DNA of 19,870 nt, taken from IMG/VR virus record IMGVR_UViG_2579778899_000005; one strand, 5' to 3'. How positions within the stretch are numbered: the stretch's first letter is position 1; the number at the start of each line of letters is the position of its first letter. The notes under the pieces are model-generated. The model saw only the letters and a list, made by a program, of their open reading frames with translations. It was not told the DNA's origin and searched no databases. The stretch comes from a virus (lineage: Duplodnaviria > Heunggongvirae > Uroviricota > Caudoviricetes). The translations under genes were made by a program, and so were the position numbers. This document shows positions 1 through 8,041 of the stretch, piece by piece.

Positions 1-355
1 AACACAAATGGCGATGGCGAGTATGGCGGTTCCCCTGCCATGCAGCCAGGCAGATGACGGAACGGCGACGATGTGGTTATCCGTCCTTGCGTTTGGCAGA
101 CAGGCCGACGCACTGGCAAAACACCGCAAAGGCGAACTGGTGAGCGTGGCGGGTAACATGCAGGTAAGCCAGTGGACAGGCCAGAACGGCGAAACGCGGC
201 AGGGCTGGCAGGTTATCGCAGACAGCGTAATCAGTGCGCGAACGGCGCGACCGGGCGGCAAAAAAGGCCAACAGGGGCAGGCCACTGATGCACTGAACAG
301 GGCAAAACAACAGGCAGGGAATGATGATCCGTACGGGGACGGGATACCGTTTTAA
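1..355 (+). CDS. ssb: Single-stranded DNA-binding protein, C-terminal part (5' end lies upstream of the window)
   Basis: Frame open from the window edge to TAA 353-355. Translation shows the C-terminal half of an OB fold, a Gly/Gln-rich linker and an acidic tail ending DDPYGDGIPF, matching the SSB C-terminal signature (E. coli SSB ends DDDIPF). Confidence 0.8.
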   Translation, partial: TQMAMASMAVPLPCSQADDGTATMWLSVLAFGRQADALAKHRKGELVSVAGNMQVSQWTGQNGETRQGWQVIADSVISARTARPGGKKGQQGQATDALNRAKQQAGNDDPYGDGIPF

Positions 356-370
356 GCAGTGAGGTACAGC

Positions 371-649
371 ATGATTAAAGACAGCAAAGCGGAAGAACTG
401 GAGGCTAAAGGGCTGTACCGGAGAGCGGCGGCACGTTGGGCTGATGTTATGTGGCTGGTGAGCACTGACAAGGAGCGCGAACAAGTGGCAAAGCGTCGCG
501 CGGAATGTATCCGTAAGGCAGCACGCCCACCAGTCATACCGGATAATTTCGGAATACTGAAAGAGGCCATAAACCGCACACATACCGGGATGGGCTTACA
601 GAAACCTGGCGGTGAGATGTTCAGGAACTACCCGAAAAAAAAGGGATAA
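371..649 (+). CDS. Small regulatory protein, tentatively PerC/ANR-like
   Basis: ATG 371 with GAGG 361-364 upstream, stop TAA 647-649. N-terminus MIKDSKAEELEAKGLYRRAAARWADV resembles, from memory, the PerC-family signature of small prophage-encoded activators. Family assignment is not verified. Confidence 0.45.
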   Translation: MIKDSKAEELEAKGLYRRAAARWADVMWLVSTDKEREQVAKRRAECIRKAARPPVIPDNFGILKEAINRTHTGMGLQKPGGEMFRNYPKKKG

Positions 650-698
650 TTGATAACGGTTGTTAACTGTTTCTGGTATCGTGGCAGCAGGAGGAAAC

Positions 699-947
699 AT
701 GCCAGTGACATTTGAAGAAGTCCAGCAACATAAAAAGCTTCATGATTTTGATGATCTGGAAACCACGACAGTAAAAAAATATCGCCGGCTGCTTTCTTCC
801 GATGCGTTATTTTTTGTGGATCATCATGATTTTCTGCGTAGCTCACTGACTGGGGAAATTTTCGCAACCAACCGTGAGCAGGTGGAAGCGATGATCGAAT
901 ATCTGTGGAAAATAAGGCGCAGAATGCGTGATCCCGTGAAACGGTAG
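699..947 (+). CDS. Hypothetical protein (82 aa)
   Basis: ATG 699 preceded by AGGAGG 689-694, stop TAG 945-947, immediately followed by a strong hairpin terminator. No recognisable family. Confidence 0.5.
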   Translation: MPVTFEEVQQHKKLHDFDDLETTTVKKYRRLLSSDALFFVDHHDFLRSSLTGEIFATNREQVEAMIEYLWKIRRRMRDPVKR

Positions 948-953
948 AATAAT

Positions 954-985
954 AATGGCCTGGTATTTTCCAGGCCATTATTTTT
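954..985. terminator. Bidirectional rho-independent terminator between convergent genes
   Basis: Perfect 10 bp inverted repeat AATGGCCTGG (954-963) / CCAGGCCATT (970-979) with a 6 nt loop, followed by TTTTT 981-985 and preceded by an A-rich run on the other strand. Lies between the stops of the + gene (947) and the - gene (984). Confidence 0.65.
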
Positions 986-1457
986 AGAAGTCGATCTCTG
1001 TATCGCGATTAAATTCATCGCTAAGGTAAAGTGCTTCGCTTGGGCATTTTCCGTTTTCCAGTAATGTTTCCCAGAAATCTTTATCGAAACATCCCTCAAG
1101 ATACAGATAGCGGCAGATGTGAAGTAAATCACTTCGTGTCCATCCGTGCATGCTGCTACTTGTTACACCATATTCACTTTCTAGTTTATAGAATGTGAGC
1201 GCCTCCCGGTCGTGCCAGGCTTTGCACAGACGATCGTATATCTTTTTAGCTTTGTTTTTAGATGTGCCGAAAAACTCTTCGTAAATTTCATGTGGGCGAG
1301 TAGGAATACTTCCGTCGCCATCCTGCAAGAAAGGATAAACATCTGCCTCCCAGGCATACACGTAAGAATCGCTGAACTCATCATAGTGTTTACCAAGGTG
1401 GAGAATCTGCAATCGTTGCTGAATGAACATTGCTTTTTTCAGTTCATTTTCTGACAT
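984..1457 (-). CDS. Hypothetical protein (157 aa), AT-rich cargo or moron-like gene
   Basis: Minus-strand ATG (complement of 1455-1457) preceded by GGAGG (complement of 1466-1470) at 8 nt spacing. Visibly more AT-rich than flanking phage genes, with its own upstream region and a terminator. No recognisable domain. Confidence 0.6.
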   Translation of the reverse strand: MSENELKKAMFIQQRLQILHLGKHYDEFSDSYVYAWEADVYPFLQDGDGSIPTRPHEIYEEFFGTSKNKAKKIYDRLCKAWHDREALTFYKLESEYGVTSSSMHGWTRSDLLHICRYLYLEGCFDKDFWETLLENGKCPSEALYLSDEFNRDTEIDF

Positions 1458-1574
1458 AGTTCGTTCCTCCTGATTGACGAGCAGAAAATGTACGGAACAG
1501 CTTATTTATTTTTTCAGGTTTTGTAAATTATTTGTTCGTGGTTGTTCCAGGTTGTTCGGTGATTCTGGCTGATG

Positions 1575-1633
1575 TTTACATACTGATTTTTATGTATATG
1601 TTGGCGTGTGGCACTCAGACGTGAGCCGCCACA
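1575..1633 (+). promoter_or_regulatory. Candidate sigma70 promoter plus inverted-repeat operator or 5' hairpin upstream of the capsid operon
   Basis: TTTACA 1575-1580, 16 bp spacer, TATGTT 1597-1602, then inverted repeat TGTGGC (1607-1612) - N15 - GCCACA (1628-1633). Pattern-based only. Confidence 0.3.
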
Positions 1634-1648
1634 ATGCCGCCTGACCCC

Positions 1649-1683
1649 CTGCGCGATGCCGGGTTGATCTGCGAGATGCCGGG
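1649..1683 (+). repeat. Two 15 bp direct repeats CTGCG(C/A)GATGCCGGG spaced 20 bp apart
   Basis: Copies at 1649-1663 and 1669-1683 differ at one position. They sit about 70-100 bp upstream of the capsid start codon, suggesting a phased protein-binding site. Confidence 0.5.
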
Positions 1684-1751
1684 AGTGTCGGGCGGCGCTC
1701 CCTCCGTGTTGGTTTCACGTCCTGAATCTTAACCAATACGAGAAAACCTTC

Positions 1752-2897
1752 ATGAAGAAATTAATCGAACTCCGCCAGCAAAAAACCGCCCTGAAAAACC
1801 AGATGCGATCCCTGCTGGAAAAAGCCGACAGTGAAAACCGCAGCCTGAACGATGACGAAGGCAAACAGTTTGATGAACTGCGTGCAAAAGCCGATTCCCT
1901 CGACACAGAAATCTCCCGTCTTGAAGCTGTTGCGGATGAAGAACGTAACCAGCCAGGTGTTTCCGTCGAAGAGAAAATTACCAAAGACGAACTGCGCTCT
2001 TACATTCTGACCGGGGAAACCCGCAACCTGTCCGGCAGTGTCCCGGCTGATGGTGGTTATACGGTTATCCCGGAACTGAACAGAGAAATTATGCGTCAGC
2101 TTTCTGATGAATCGGTGATGCGTAAAATCTGTACCGTTAAAACCATTCACAGCAATGAATTTAAGCAACTGGTTTCTGCCGGGGGCGCGGTCGTTGAACA
2201 CGGCGAAGAAGGTGCGGCACGTAACCAGACGGCAACACCAAAACTGAATGAAGTCAGTATCCGCCTGTATCCGATCTACGCTTACCCGAAAACCACTCAG
2301 GAAATTATCGATTTTTCCGAAGTCGATATTATGGGCTGGTTATCTTCTGAAATTGGCGACACTTTCGTTGATACCGAAGAAACGGATCTGGTTTCCGGTG
2401 ATGGCGAGAAAAAAGCTAAAGGTTTCCTGGCTTTTCCGCGCACTGCGGATAACGACAAAACCCGTCCTTTCGGTACGCTCCAGACGAAAAAAGTTACTGG
2501 CAGTCTCAGCGCCGACATGCTGATTGACCTGAAATTTACGCTGCGCAATAAGTACCGCAAAAAAGCTGTATGGGTGATGAACTCAAATACAGCCGCCTCC
2601 GCACAAAAACTGAAAAATGCCACTGGTGATTACATCTGGCGCGATCGTTTACAGGCTGGTGATCCTGATTCTCTGCTGGGGCTTCCGGTTGAATATCTGG
2701 AATTTATGCCGGACGGTGTGATTGCAGTAGGTGACTTTAAGCGCGGTTATTTCATCGTTGACCATGAAACCGGTACGCGTACCCGTCCGGATTTCAGCGA
2801 ACCTGGATTCATTAACATCTATACCCAGAAATATCTGGGCGGTGGTGTGGTGGATTCGAACGCCATCAAGATTCTGGAAATTCAGGCTGGCAAGTAA
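1752..2897 (+). CDS. Major capsid protein, HK97 family, with N-terminal coiled-coil delta (scaffold) domain
   Basis: 381 aa. N-terminal ~100 aa is a charged coiled coil. C-terminal part carries HK97-fold motifs (KGFLAFP, GDFKRGYFIVD, GGGVVDSNAIKILEI). No separate scaffold gene. Confidence 0.9.
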   Translation: MKKLIELRQQKTALKNQMRSLLEKADSENRSLNDDEGKQFDELRAKADSLDTEISRLEAVADEERNQPGVSVEEKITKDELRSYILTGETRNLSGSVPADGGYTVIPELNREIMRQLSDESVMRKICTVKTIHSNEFKQLVSAGGAVVEHGEEGAARNQTATPKLNEVSIRLYPIYAYPKTTQEIIDFSEVDIMGWLSSEIGDTFVDTEETDLVSGDGEKKAKGFLAFPRTADNDKTRPFGTLQTKKVTGSLSADMLIDLKFTLRNKYRKKAVWVMNSNTAASAQKLKNATGDYIWRDRLQAGDPDSLLGLPVEYLEFMPDGVIAVGDFKRGYFIVDHETGTRTRPDFSEPGFINIYTQKYLGGGVVDSNAIKILEIQAGK

Positions 2898-2902
2898 TGA
2901 GC

Positions 2903-2927
2903 AAAGGGGGCTTCGGCCTCCTTTTTC
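2903..2927 (+). terminator. Rho-independent terminator or attenuator directly after the capsid gene
   Basis: GGGGGC (2906-2911), TTCG tetraloop, GCCTCC (2916-2921; one G-U pair), then TTTTT 2922-2926. Begins 6 nt after the capsid stop. Confidence 0.55.
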
Positions 2928-2946
2928 AGCTTTATGGAGTACACCG

Positions 2947-3507
2947 ATGAAAAATACCGATTTTGAAATCCGTACATCTGAACTGACCGCCTGCGATAAA
3001 AAACTGGTGGGTTATGCCGTTCGCTGGAACAGCCTTTCAGAAATTATCTGGGACGAATTCCGCGAACAGTTCACGCCGGGGGCTTTTGCTGACTATCTGG
3101 CGGCGGGTAATGATGTGCGCTGCCTGTATGAGCATGACTATACCCGACTGCTGGGGCGCACCAAATCCGGAACACTGGTACTGACTGAGGACAACACCGG
3201 GCTACGTTTTGAACTGACACCGCCTGATACCCAGCTTGGAAAAGATGTGCTTACGCTGGTGGAGCGTGGCGACATTACAGGAATGAGCTTTGGCTTTCGC
3301 GCATTATGCGAAGAGTGGAATATCGCGCAAAAACCGTATCTGCGCACTGTTACCGCCGCAGAACTTCGTGAAATCACGATAACGTCAATGCCTGCTTATC
3401 CCGAATCTGGCGTGGAGATTGCCCATCGTTCGTTGTTTGCACAGCACCCTGAATTACGCCCGGCAGGAAATAATCGTCATCGCTGGGCTGAACTGGCGGG
3501 GTTGTGA
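2947..3507 (+). CDS. Prohead maturation protease, HK97 (S78) family
   Basis: ATG 2947 with GGAG 2936-2939 at 7 nt spacing. Motifs GYAVRWN and GMSFGF are typical of HK97-family prohead proteases. Stop TGA 3505-3507. Confidence 0.85.
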   Translation: MKNTDFEIRTSELTACDKKLVGYAVRWNSLSEIIWDEFREQFTPGAFADYLAAGNDVRCLYEHDYTRLLGRTKSGTLVLTEDNTGLRFELTPPDTQLGKDVLTLVERGDITGMSFGFRALCEEWNIAQKPYLRTVTAAELREITITSMPAYPESGVEIAHRSLFAQHPELRPAGNNRHRWAELAGL

Positions 3508-3508
3508 T

Positions 3509-4723
3509 ATGTGGTGGCCTTTTAGTCGTAAAAAAAGCGATCTGCGTAACCTGTCCATTGATGATTTTCTGGCGCTGTCCGGCGTACCGAATACCGGATC
3601 CGGAGAATATGTTTCTGCCGGGACGGCTGAATCATTGCCTGCTGTGATGAACGCGGTTTCTGTCATCGCTGAGGCGGTGGCCACGATGCCGTGTTATCTG
3701 TATCTGGTACGCAATGACAAGGGCAGGGAGGCGCGGGAATGGCTGGACAGTCACCCGGTCGATATTCTGCTGAATGAGCAGCCTAATTCGTGCCAGACAC
3801 CTTACCAGTTTAAACGCACAATGATGCGTCACTGCCTGCTGAACGGTAACGCCTATGCGGTTATTGAGTGGGGGCGGGACGGTCAGCCAAAATCACTTCA
3901 TCCTTATGCGCCGGGGTGTGTTGTACCGGAACGCACTGGCGCACACAAATACCGCTATACCATCACCGAACCCTATACAGGAACGGTGCGCACGTATTTA
4001 CAGGAAGAAGTTCTGCATCTCCGCTATGCCTCGGATGATGGCTTTCTGGGGCGCTCCCCCGTCACGATTTGCCGTGAGGCGCTGGGGCTTGGCCTTGCTC
4101 AACAGCGTCACGGAGCCAGCATTATGAAAGATGGCATGATGGCGGCAGGGATTATCACGTCAGGCGAATGGCTGGACGGCGTAAAAGGTAAACAGGCATT
4201 AGACGCCCTGGAACGCTACAAGGGGGCGAAAAATGCCGGAAAAACGCCAATCCTTGAAGGGGGCATGGATTACAAGCAACTGGGGATGAGTAACCAGGAT
4301 GCGGAATGGCTGGCCTCCCGTCGCTTCTCCATTGAAGACATCGCCCGGATGTTCAACGTGTCGCCTATTTTTCTGCAGGAATACAGCAACAGCACCTACA
4401 GCAATTTCAGTGAGGCAAGCCGCGCGTTTCTGACCATGACAATGCGTCCGTGGCTGGCGAACTTCGAACAGCAAATCAAGGCCGCTTTGCTGGTGGCTTC
4501 TCCCGTACCTGGTACCCGTTATCTGGTTGAGTTTGATTCAGCCGATTTATTACGCGCCACCCCTACCGAACGTTACGCCACGTATGAGAAAGGGATTAAG
4601 AACGGGATCATGAATCCGAACGAAGCCCGCGAACGTGAGGGGATGCCGCCGCGTGAAGGTGGCGACGAATTCAGCCAGGCATGGAAGCAGACGGTGGAAA
4701 TTAAAGGTGAAAAAGATGAGTGA
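3509..4723 (+). CDS. Portal protein, HK97 family
   Basis: ATG 3509 lies 1 nt after the protease stop. 404 aa protein with the same overall pattern as the second portal in this window (NGNAYAV..., MDYKQLGMSNQDAEWLASRRFSIEDIARMFNVSP). Stop TGA 4721-4723. Confidence 0.9.
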   Translation: MWWPFSRKKSDLRNLSIDDFLALSGVPNTGSGEYVSAGTAESLPAVMNAVSVIAEAVATMPCYLYLVRNDKGREAREWLDSHPVDILLNEQPNSCQTPYQFKRTMMRHCLLNGNAYAVIEWGRDGQPKSLHPYAPGCVVPERTGAHKYRYTITEPYTGTVRTYLQEEVLHLRYASDDGFLGRSPVTICREALGLGLAQQRHGASIMKDGMMAAGIITSGEWLDGVKGKQALDALERYKGAKNAGKTPILEGGMDYKQLGMSNQDAEWLASRRFSIEDIARMFNVSPIFLQEYSNSTYSNFSEASRAFLTMTMRPWLANFEQQIKAALLVASPVPGTRYLVEFDSADLLRATPTERYATYEKGIKNGIMNPNEAREREGMPPREGGDEFSQAWKQTVEIKGEKDE

Positions 4724-5015
4724 AGAAAAAATTACACCTGATGAAGTCAGGGCACATCTTCGCCTTGATGACTTTTCCGGAGAAGGCGAACTTCTGAAAA
4801 TGTATACCGATGCGGCGCTGGAAGCCTGCCAGAAGCACATCGGGAAACGTTTTGAAGACGGTCTGGAATTTACCCCGGCAATGCGTGTTGGTTGCCTGAT
4901 GTACATCGCTTTTCTGTATGAGAACAGGGAAGCGGTTTCACCTGTGGAGCAGTCGGAACTGCCTATGGCTATTTCTGCGCTCTGGTCAGTTTATCGTGAT
5001 GTGGGGGTGTATTGA
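4716..5015 (+). CDS. Head-tail connector, gp6-like
   Basis: ATG 4716 overlaps the portal stop (ATGAGTGA) with AGGTG upstream. 99 aa, similar in size and pattern to the gp6-like protein at 12997-13302. Confidence 0.7.
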   Translation: MSEEKITPDEVRAHLRLDDFSGEGELLKMYTDAALEACQKHIGKRFEDGLEFTPAMRVGCLMYIAFLYENREAVSPVEQSELPMAISALWSVYRDVGVY

Positions 5016-5455
5016 TGCCGTGGCAACCATTAAGGCGTTGTACTGAACCGGGCTGTAATAAGCGTGTGAAGTCAGGCAAGTGTGAAGAGCACAGGCGGGC
5101 TGCATGGCGTGCAGAGGATGCCAGACGGGGACACCGCCGCGCGCGTGGGTATTCCCGACAGTGGGACAAATACCGCGCCCTGTATCTGAGCAAAAACCCG
5201 TTATGCGTGCGTTGTCTGGCTAAAGGTATTTATACGCCAGCTCTTGTGGTGGATCACATCATTCCCATCAATGGCGGCGGTGATGTTCTCTTCTGGCCTG
5301 AGTGGAATCACCAGGCATTGTGCCAGACGTGCCACAACCGTAAGACGACACGGGAAGATCCAGCCACGAAAGCGAACCGTAAGGCGGGCATGTATCGCGA
5401 GCAGGAAGAACGGGCGGCACATCGTAACGACTGGATGTATGGCGATGATGACTGA
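5015..5455 (+). CDS. HNH endonuclease (terminase-associated)
   Basis: ATG 5015 overlaps the upstream stop (TGATG). Cys-rich N-terminus and HNH core (VDHIIPINGGGD...WNHQALCQTCHNRKT). HNH genes adjacent to terS/terL are typical of cos-type HK97-like packaging modules. Confidence 0.85.
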   Translation: MPWQPLRRCTEPGCNKRVKSGKCEEHRRAAWRAEDARRGHRRARGYSRQWDKYRALYLSKNPLCVRCLAKGIYTPALVVDHIIPINGGGDVLFWPEWNHQALCQTCHNRKTTREDPATKANRKAGMYREQEERAAHRNDWMYGDDD

Positions 5456-5624
5456 ACAGGAGCAAAACAGGCTGATACGTGGACTGATAAGGCAGCGTGA
5501 CACATGGAAGGCACAGGAGACAGGGCACAAAGCCAACAGGACAGGGCGCACAGAACGCACCACAGCGAAGCGATTAACCGACCGTGACCGCGAGGTCATG
5601 GAATGTTTTCGCAATCGCTGGTGA
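5439..5624 (+). CDS. Possible small basic protein (61 aa); coding status uncertain
   Basis: ATG 5439 overlaps the HNH 3' end in another frame, stop TGA 5622-5624. Arg/Lys-rich, no clear RBS. May be non-coding sequence within a packaging-site region. Confidence 0.25.
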   Translation: MAMMTEQEQNRLIRGLIRQRDTWKAQETGHKANRTGRTERTTAKRLTDRDREVMECFRNRW

Positions 5625-5743
5625 GGCCGTCAGAGGGGGTGGGGGAGGTTTTCAGGACAAAACCGTCCCTGCCGGACACCGACCGCCTCCTCAAATTTTT
5701 GTGCACGGGAATTTTTTTGAAAATAATTGGGCGAAAAAAGAAC

Positions 5744-6100
5744 ATGGCAAGACCACCAAAAGCCCCCGCTTACCTGGATGAAATTGCGGTCAGGCAATGG
5801 AAGGAAAAATCGCGCCAGCTTTCCGTGCGGGAAGACCTTACCCCCGCCGACTGGAGCAATCTGGAGCTGTATTGCGTTAACTACTCCATATACCGCAAAG
5901 CCGTCGAAGACCTTGCGACGCGCGGGTTCAGCATTGTTAACAGTCAGGGCAGCGAGAGCAGAAACCCCGCCCTGAGCGCAAAGGCTGACGCAGAAAGAAT
6001 AATGATCAAAATGGCTTCTTTGCTGGGTTTTGACCCGGTAAGCCGCCGCAGAAATCCACCGGAAACAGAGGAAGAGGACGAGCTTGACCGCCTGGCATGA
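5744..6100 (+). CDS. Terminase small subunit, P27-family-like
   Basis: 118 aa beginning MARPPKAPAYLDEIAVRQWKE..., with the size and N-terminal pattern of P27-family TerS. Positioned between HNH and TerL. No strong SD before ATG 5744. Confidence 0.75.
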   Translation: MARPPKAPAYLDEIAVRQWKEKSRQLSVREDLTPADWSNLELYCVNYSIYRKAVEDLATRGFSIVNSQGSESRNPALSAKADAERIMIKMASLLGFDPVSRRRNPPETEEEDELDRLA

Positions 6101-7745
6101 GTACGCAGAAGGCGTAAAAAACGGCAAAATTACGGCCTGTAAACGACTGAAACAGGCCGTTAAACGGTATTTTTCTGACCTTGAAAACCCCCTTTACACG
6201 TTCGATCCGGAGGTCGTGGAGCGGTTTATTGCCTTTTCCAGGGTGTGTCCGCACGTAAAAGGCGCAATGCGCGGTAGCCCCATTGAGCTGGAGCCGTGGC
6301 AGCAGTTCGCCTTTGCCTGCATCCTGGGCTTTAAGGTTAAGGCCACCGGACGGCGCAAATACACCAGCGCATTCATTGAAGTACCGCGAAAAAATGCCAA
6401 ATCCACGGTCGCCGCTATCCTGGCTAACTGGTTTCTGGTTATGGAAAACGGGCAGCAGGATATTTACACCGCCGCCGTGAGTCGTGATCAGGCGCGGATC
6501 GTGTTTGATGATGCGCGTCAGATGTGCCTTTTATCCCGACCGTTACGAAAGCGGGTAAATATTCAGGCACACAAGGTGATACACCCGAAAACCAACAGCC
6601 TGTTAAAGCCACTGGCAGCAAAAGCGGCAACCATTGAGGGGACAAACCCGAGTCTCGCCATTGTGGATGAATATCACCTGCACCCTGACAACGGGGTTTA
6701 TTCCGCGCTTGAACTGGGAATGGGGGCGCGTCCGGAGGGGTTATTATTTGCCATCACCACATCGGGGAGCAACGTTGTTTCAGCCTGTAAACAACACTAC
6801 GACTATTGCTGCCAGATACTGGATGGTGAAGAGGTGAACGAATCCATGTTCGTGCTTATTTACGAGCTGGATGATGAAAGCGAGGTTGACGATCCGGCGA
6901 TGTGGATAAAGGCGAATCCCAATATCGATGTTTCCGTCGATCGTGAAAAACTGGCCTCAACCATCCAGAAAGCGCGGGGTATTCCGTCGCAGTGGGTGGA
7001 AATGCTCACCAAGCGATTCAATATCTGGTGTCAGGGGGCTACGCCGTGGATGGGTAACGGTGCATGGGCGGAGTGCGCCGGAACGTTCGCGGAGGCGGAT
7101 TTATACGGGCAGGAGTGCTACGCGGGGCTGGACTTATCATCAACTAGCGATATTTCCAGCGTGTGCTATGCCTTTCCGGTCGGTAAAAAGATTATGCTGG
7201 TTTCCCGTCACTATCTGCCGGAATTTCAGCTACAGAACCCCGCCAATAAAAACCGCGCCATCTATCGCCAGTGGGTAAAGGCGGGCTGGATACGCACAAC
7301 ACCGGGTGACTGCATTGATTATGACCGTATCCGTGATGACATCATGGCGGATGCAGAGAATTTCAATATCAGGCTGGTGGGCTTCGATACATGGAACGCC
7401 ACGCACCTGAGGACGCAGCTACAGGGGGCAGGATTTGAGGTGGAGCCGTTCCCGCAAACATACCTTCGTTTCAGTCCGGCGGCGAAATCGTTCGAAGTTT
7501 TTGTTAACCGGAAGGTGATTGTGCATCGTGGCGATCCGGTGCTGGCCTGGTCAATGAGTAATGTTGTGATGCAGAGTGACGCGAACGCCAATATCAAGCC
7601 GAACAAGAAAAAATCATCCAACAAGATAGACCCGAGCGTTGCGGCGCTGATGGCGTTTGGCACATTCCAGGCAGAGCATGAGGAATTTGCATTTGATATG
7701 AGCGACAGCCACAAAGAGCGGCTTGCGGCGTTTGATGGGGTATGA
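6084..7745 (+). CDS. Terminase large subunit (ATPase plus nuclease domains)
   Basis: 553 aa. Start taken as TTG 6084 (AGAGGA 6073-6078 upstream), overlapping the terS end; start codon choice is uncertain. The C-terminal half aligns by eye with the truncated terminase fragment at 8737-9462. Confidence 0.9.
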   Translation: MTAWHEYAEGVKNGKITACKRLKQAVKRYFSDLENPLYTFDPEVVERFIAFSRVCPHVKGAMRGSPIELEPWQQFAFACILGFKVKATGRRKYTSAFIEVPRKNAKSTVAAILANWFLVMENGQQDIYTAAVSRDQARIVFDDARQMCLLSRPLRKRVNIQAHKVIHPKTNSLLKPLAAKAATIEGTNPSLAIVDEYHLHPDNGVYSALELGMGARPEGLLFAITTSGSNVVSACKQHYDYCCQILDGEEVNESMFVLIYELDDESEVDDPAMWIKANPNIDVSVDREKLASTIQKARGIPSQWVEMLTKRFNIWCQGATPWMGNGAWAECAGTFAEADLYGQECYAGLDLSSTSDISSVCYAFPVGKKIMLVSRHYLPEFQLQNPANKNRAIYRQWVKAGWIRTTPGDCIDYDRIRDDIMADAENFNIRLVGFDTWNATHLRTQLQGAGFEVEPFPQTYLRFSPAAKSFEVFVNRKVIVHRGDPVLAWSMSNVVMQSDANANIKPNKKKSSNKIDPSVAALMAFGTFQAEHEEFAFDMSDSHKERLAAFDGV

Positions 7746-8035
7746 CGAGAATGAGCGAAACCGAACTACTAAAAATAATCCGCCGCGTTACCGGAATCAG
7801 CCAGGAAGCAGGCAAACAGGAGGCCACGCAGCCGGACAGCGTGATAGCCGAAAATTACGCGCGTGTGGTGGCTGAGGTGATGCGCCGTGACGGTATCGAG
7901 CTTAACGGCGTGGATATACGCAATATACGCACCAGAGTTCTGGAGTTGTTGTCATATCGTCGCCGCGTGGAGATGTACCAGGAGAAAGAAAAAATTACTT
8001 ACCACTGGAAGAAGCCGGAGCGGTTACGACGTTAA
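7742..8035 (+). CDS. Hypothetical protein (94-97 aa), translationally coupled to terL
   Basis: ATG 7742 overlaps the terL stop (ATGA); alternative ATG at 7751. Stop TAA 8033-8035. No recognisable family. Immediately followed by a phased repeat array. Confidence 0.5.
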   Translation: MTRMSETELLKIIRRVTGISQEAGKQEATQPDSVIAENYARVVAEVMRRDGIELNGVDIRNIRTRVLELLSYRRRVEMYQEKEKITYHWKKPERLRR

Positions 8036-8041
8036 CTTGTG

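Noticed and set aside
77-583. Long antisense ORFs overlapping well-supported genes (for example 77-583 -, 5630-6127 -, 9671-10507 -, 11437-11871 -, 11858-12391 -)
   Set aside because: They lie opposite or out of frame within genes that have strong family-level support, lack RBS context, and have low-complexity or biased composition typical of shadow ORFs in GC-rich coding DNA.
3419-3508. Upstream extension of the first portal ORF (start at 3419)
   Set aside because: It would overlap the protease 3' end by 90 nt in another frame. The ATG at 3509, directly after the protease stop, gives the conventional coupled arrangement.
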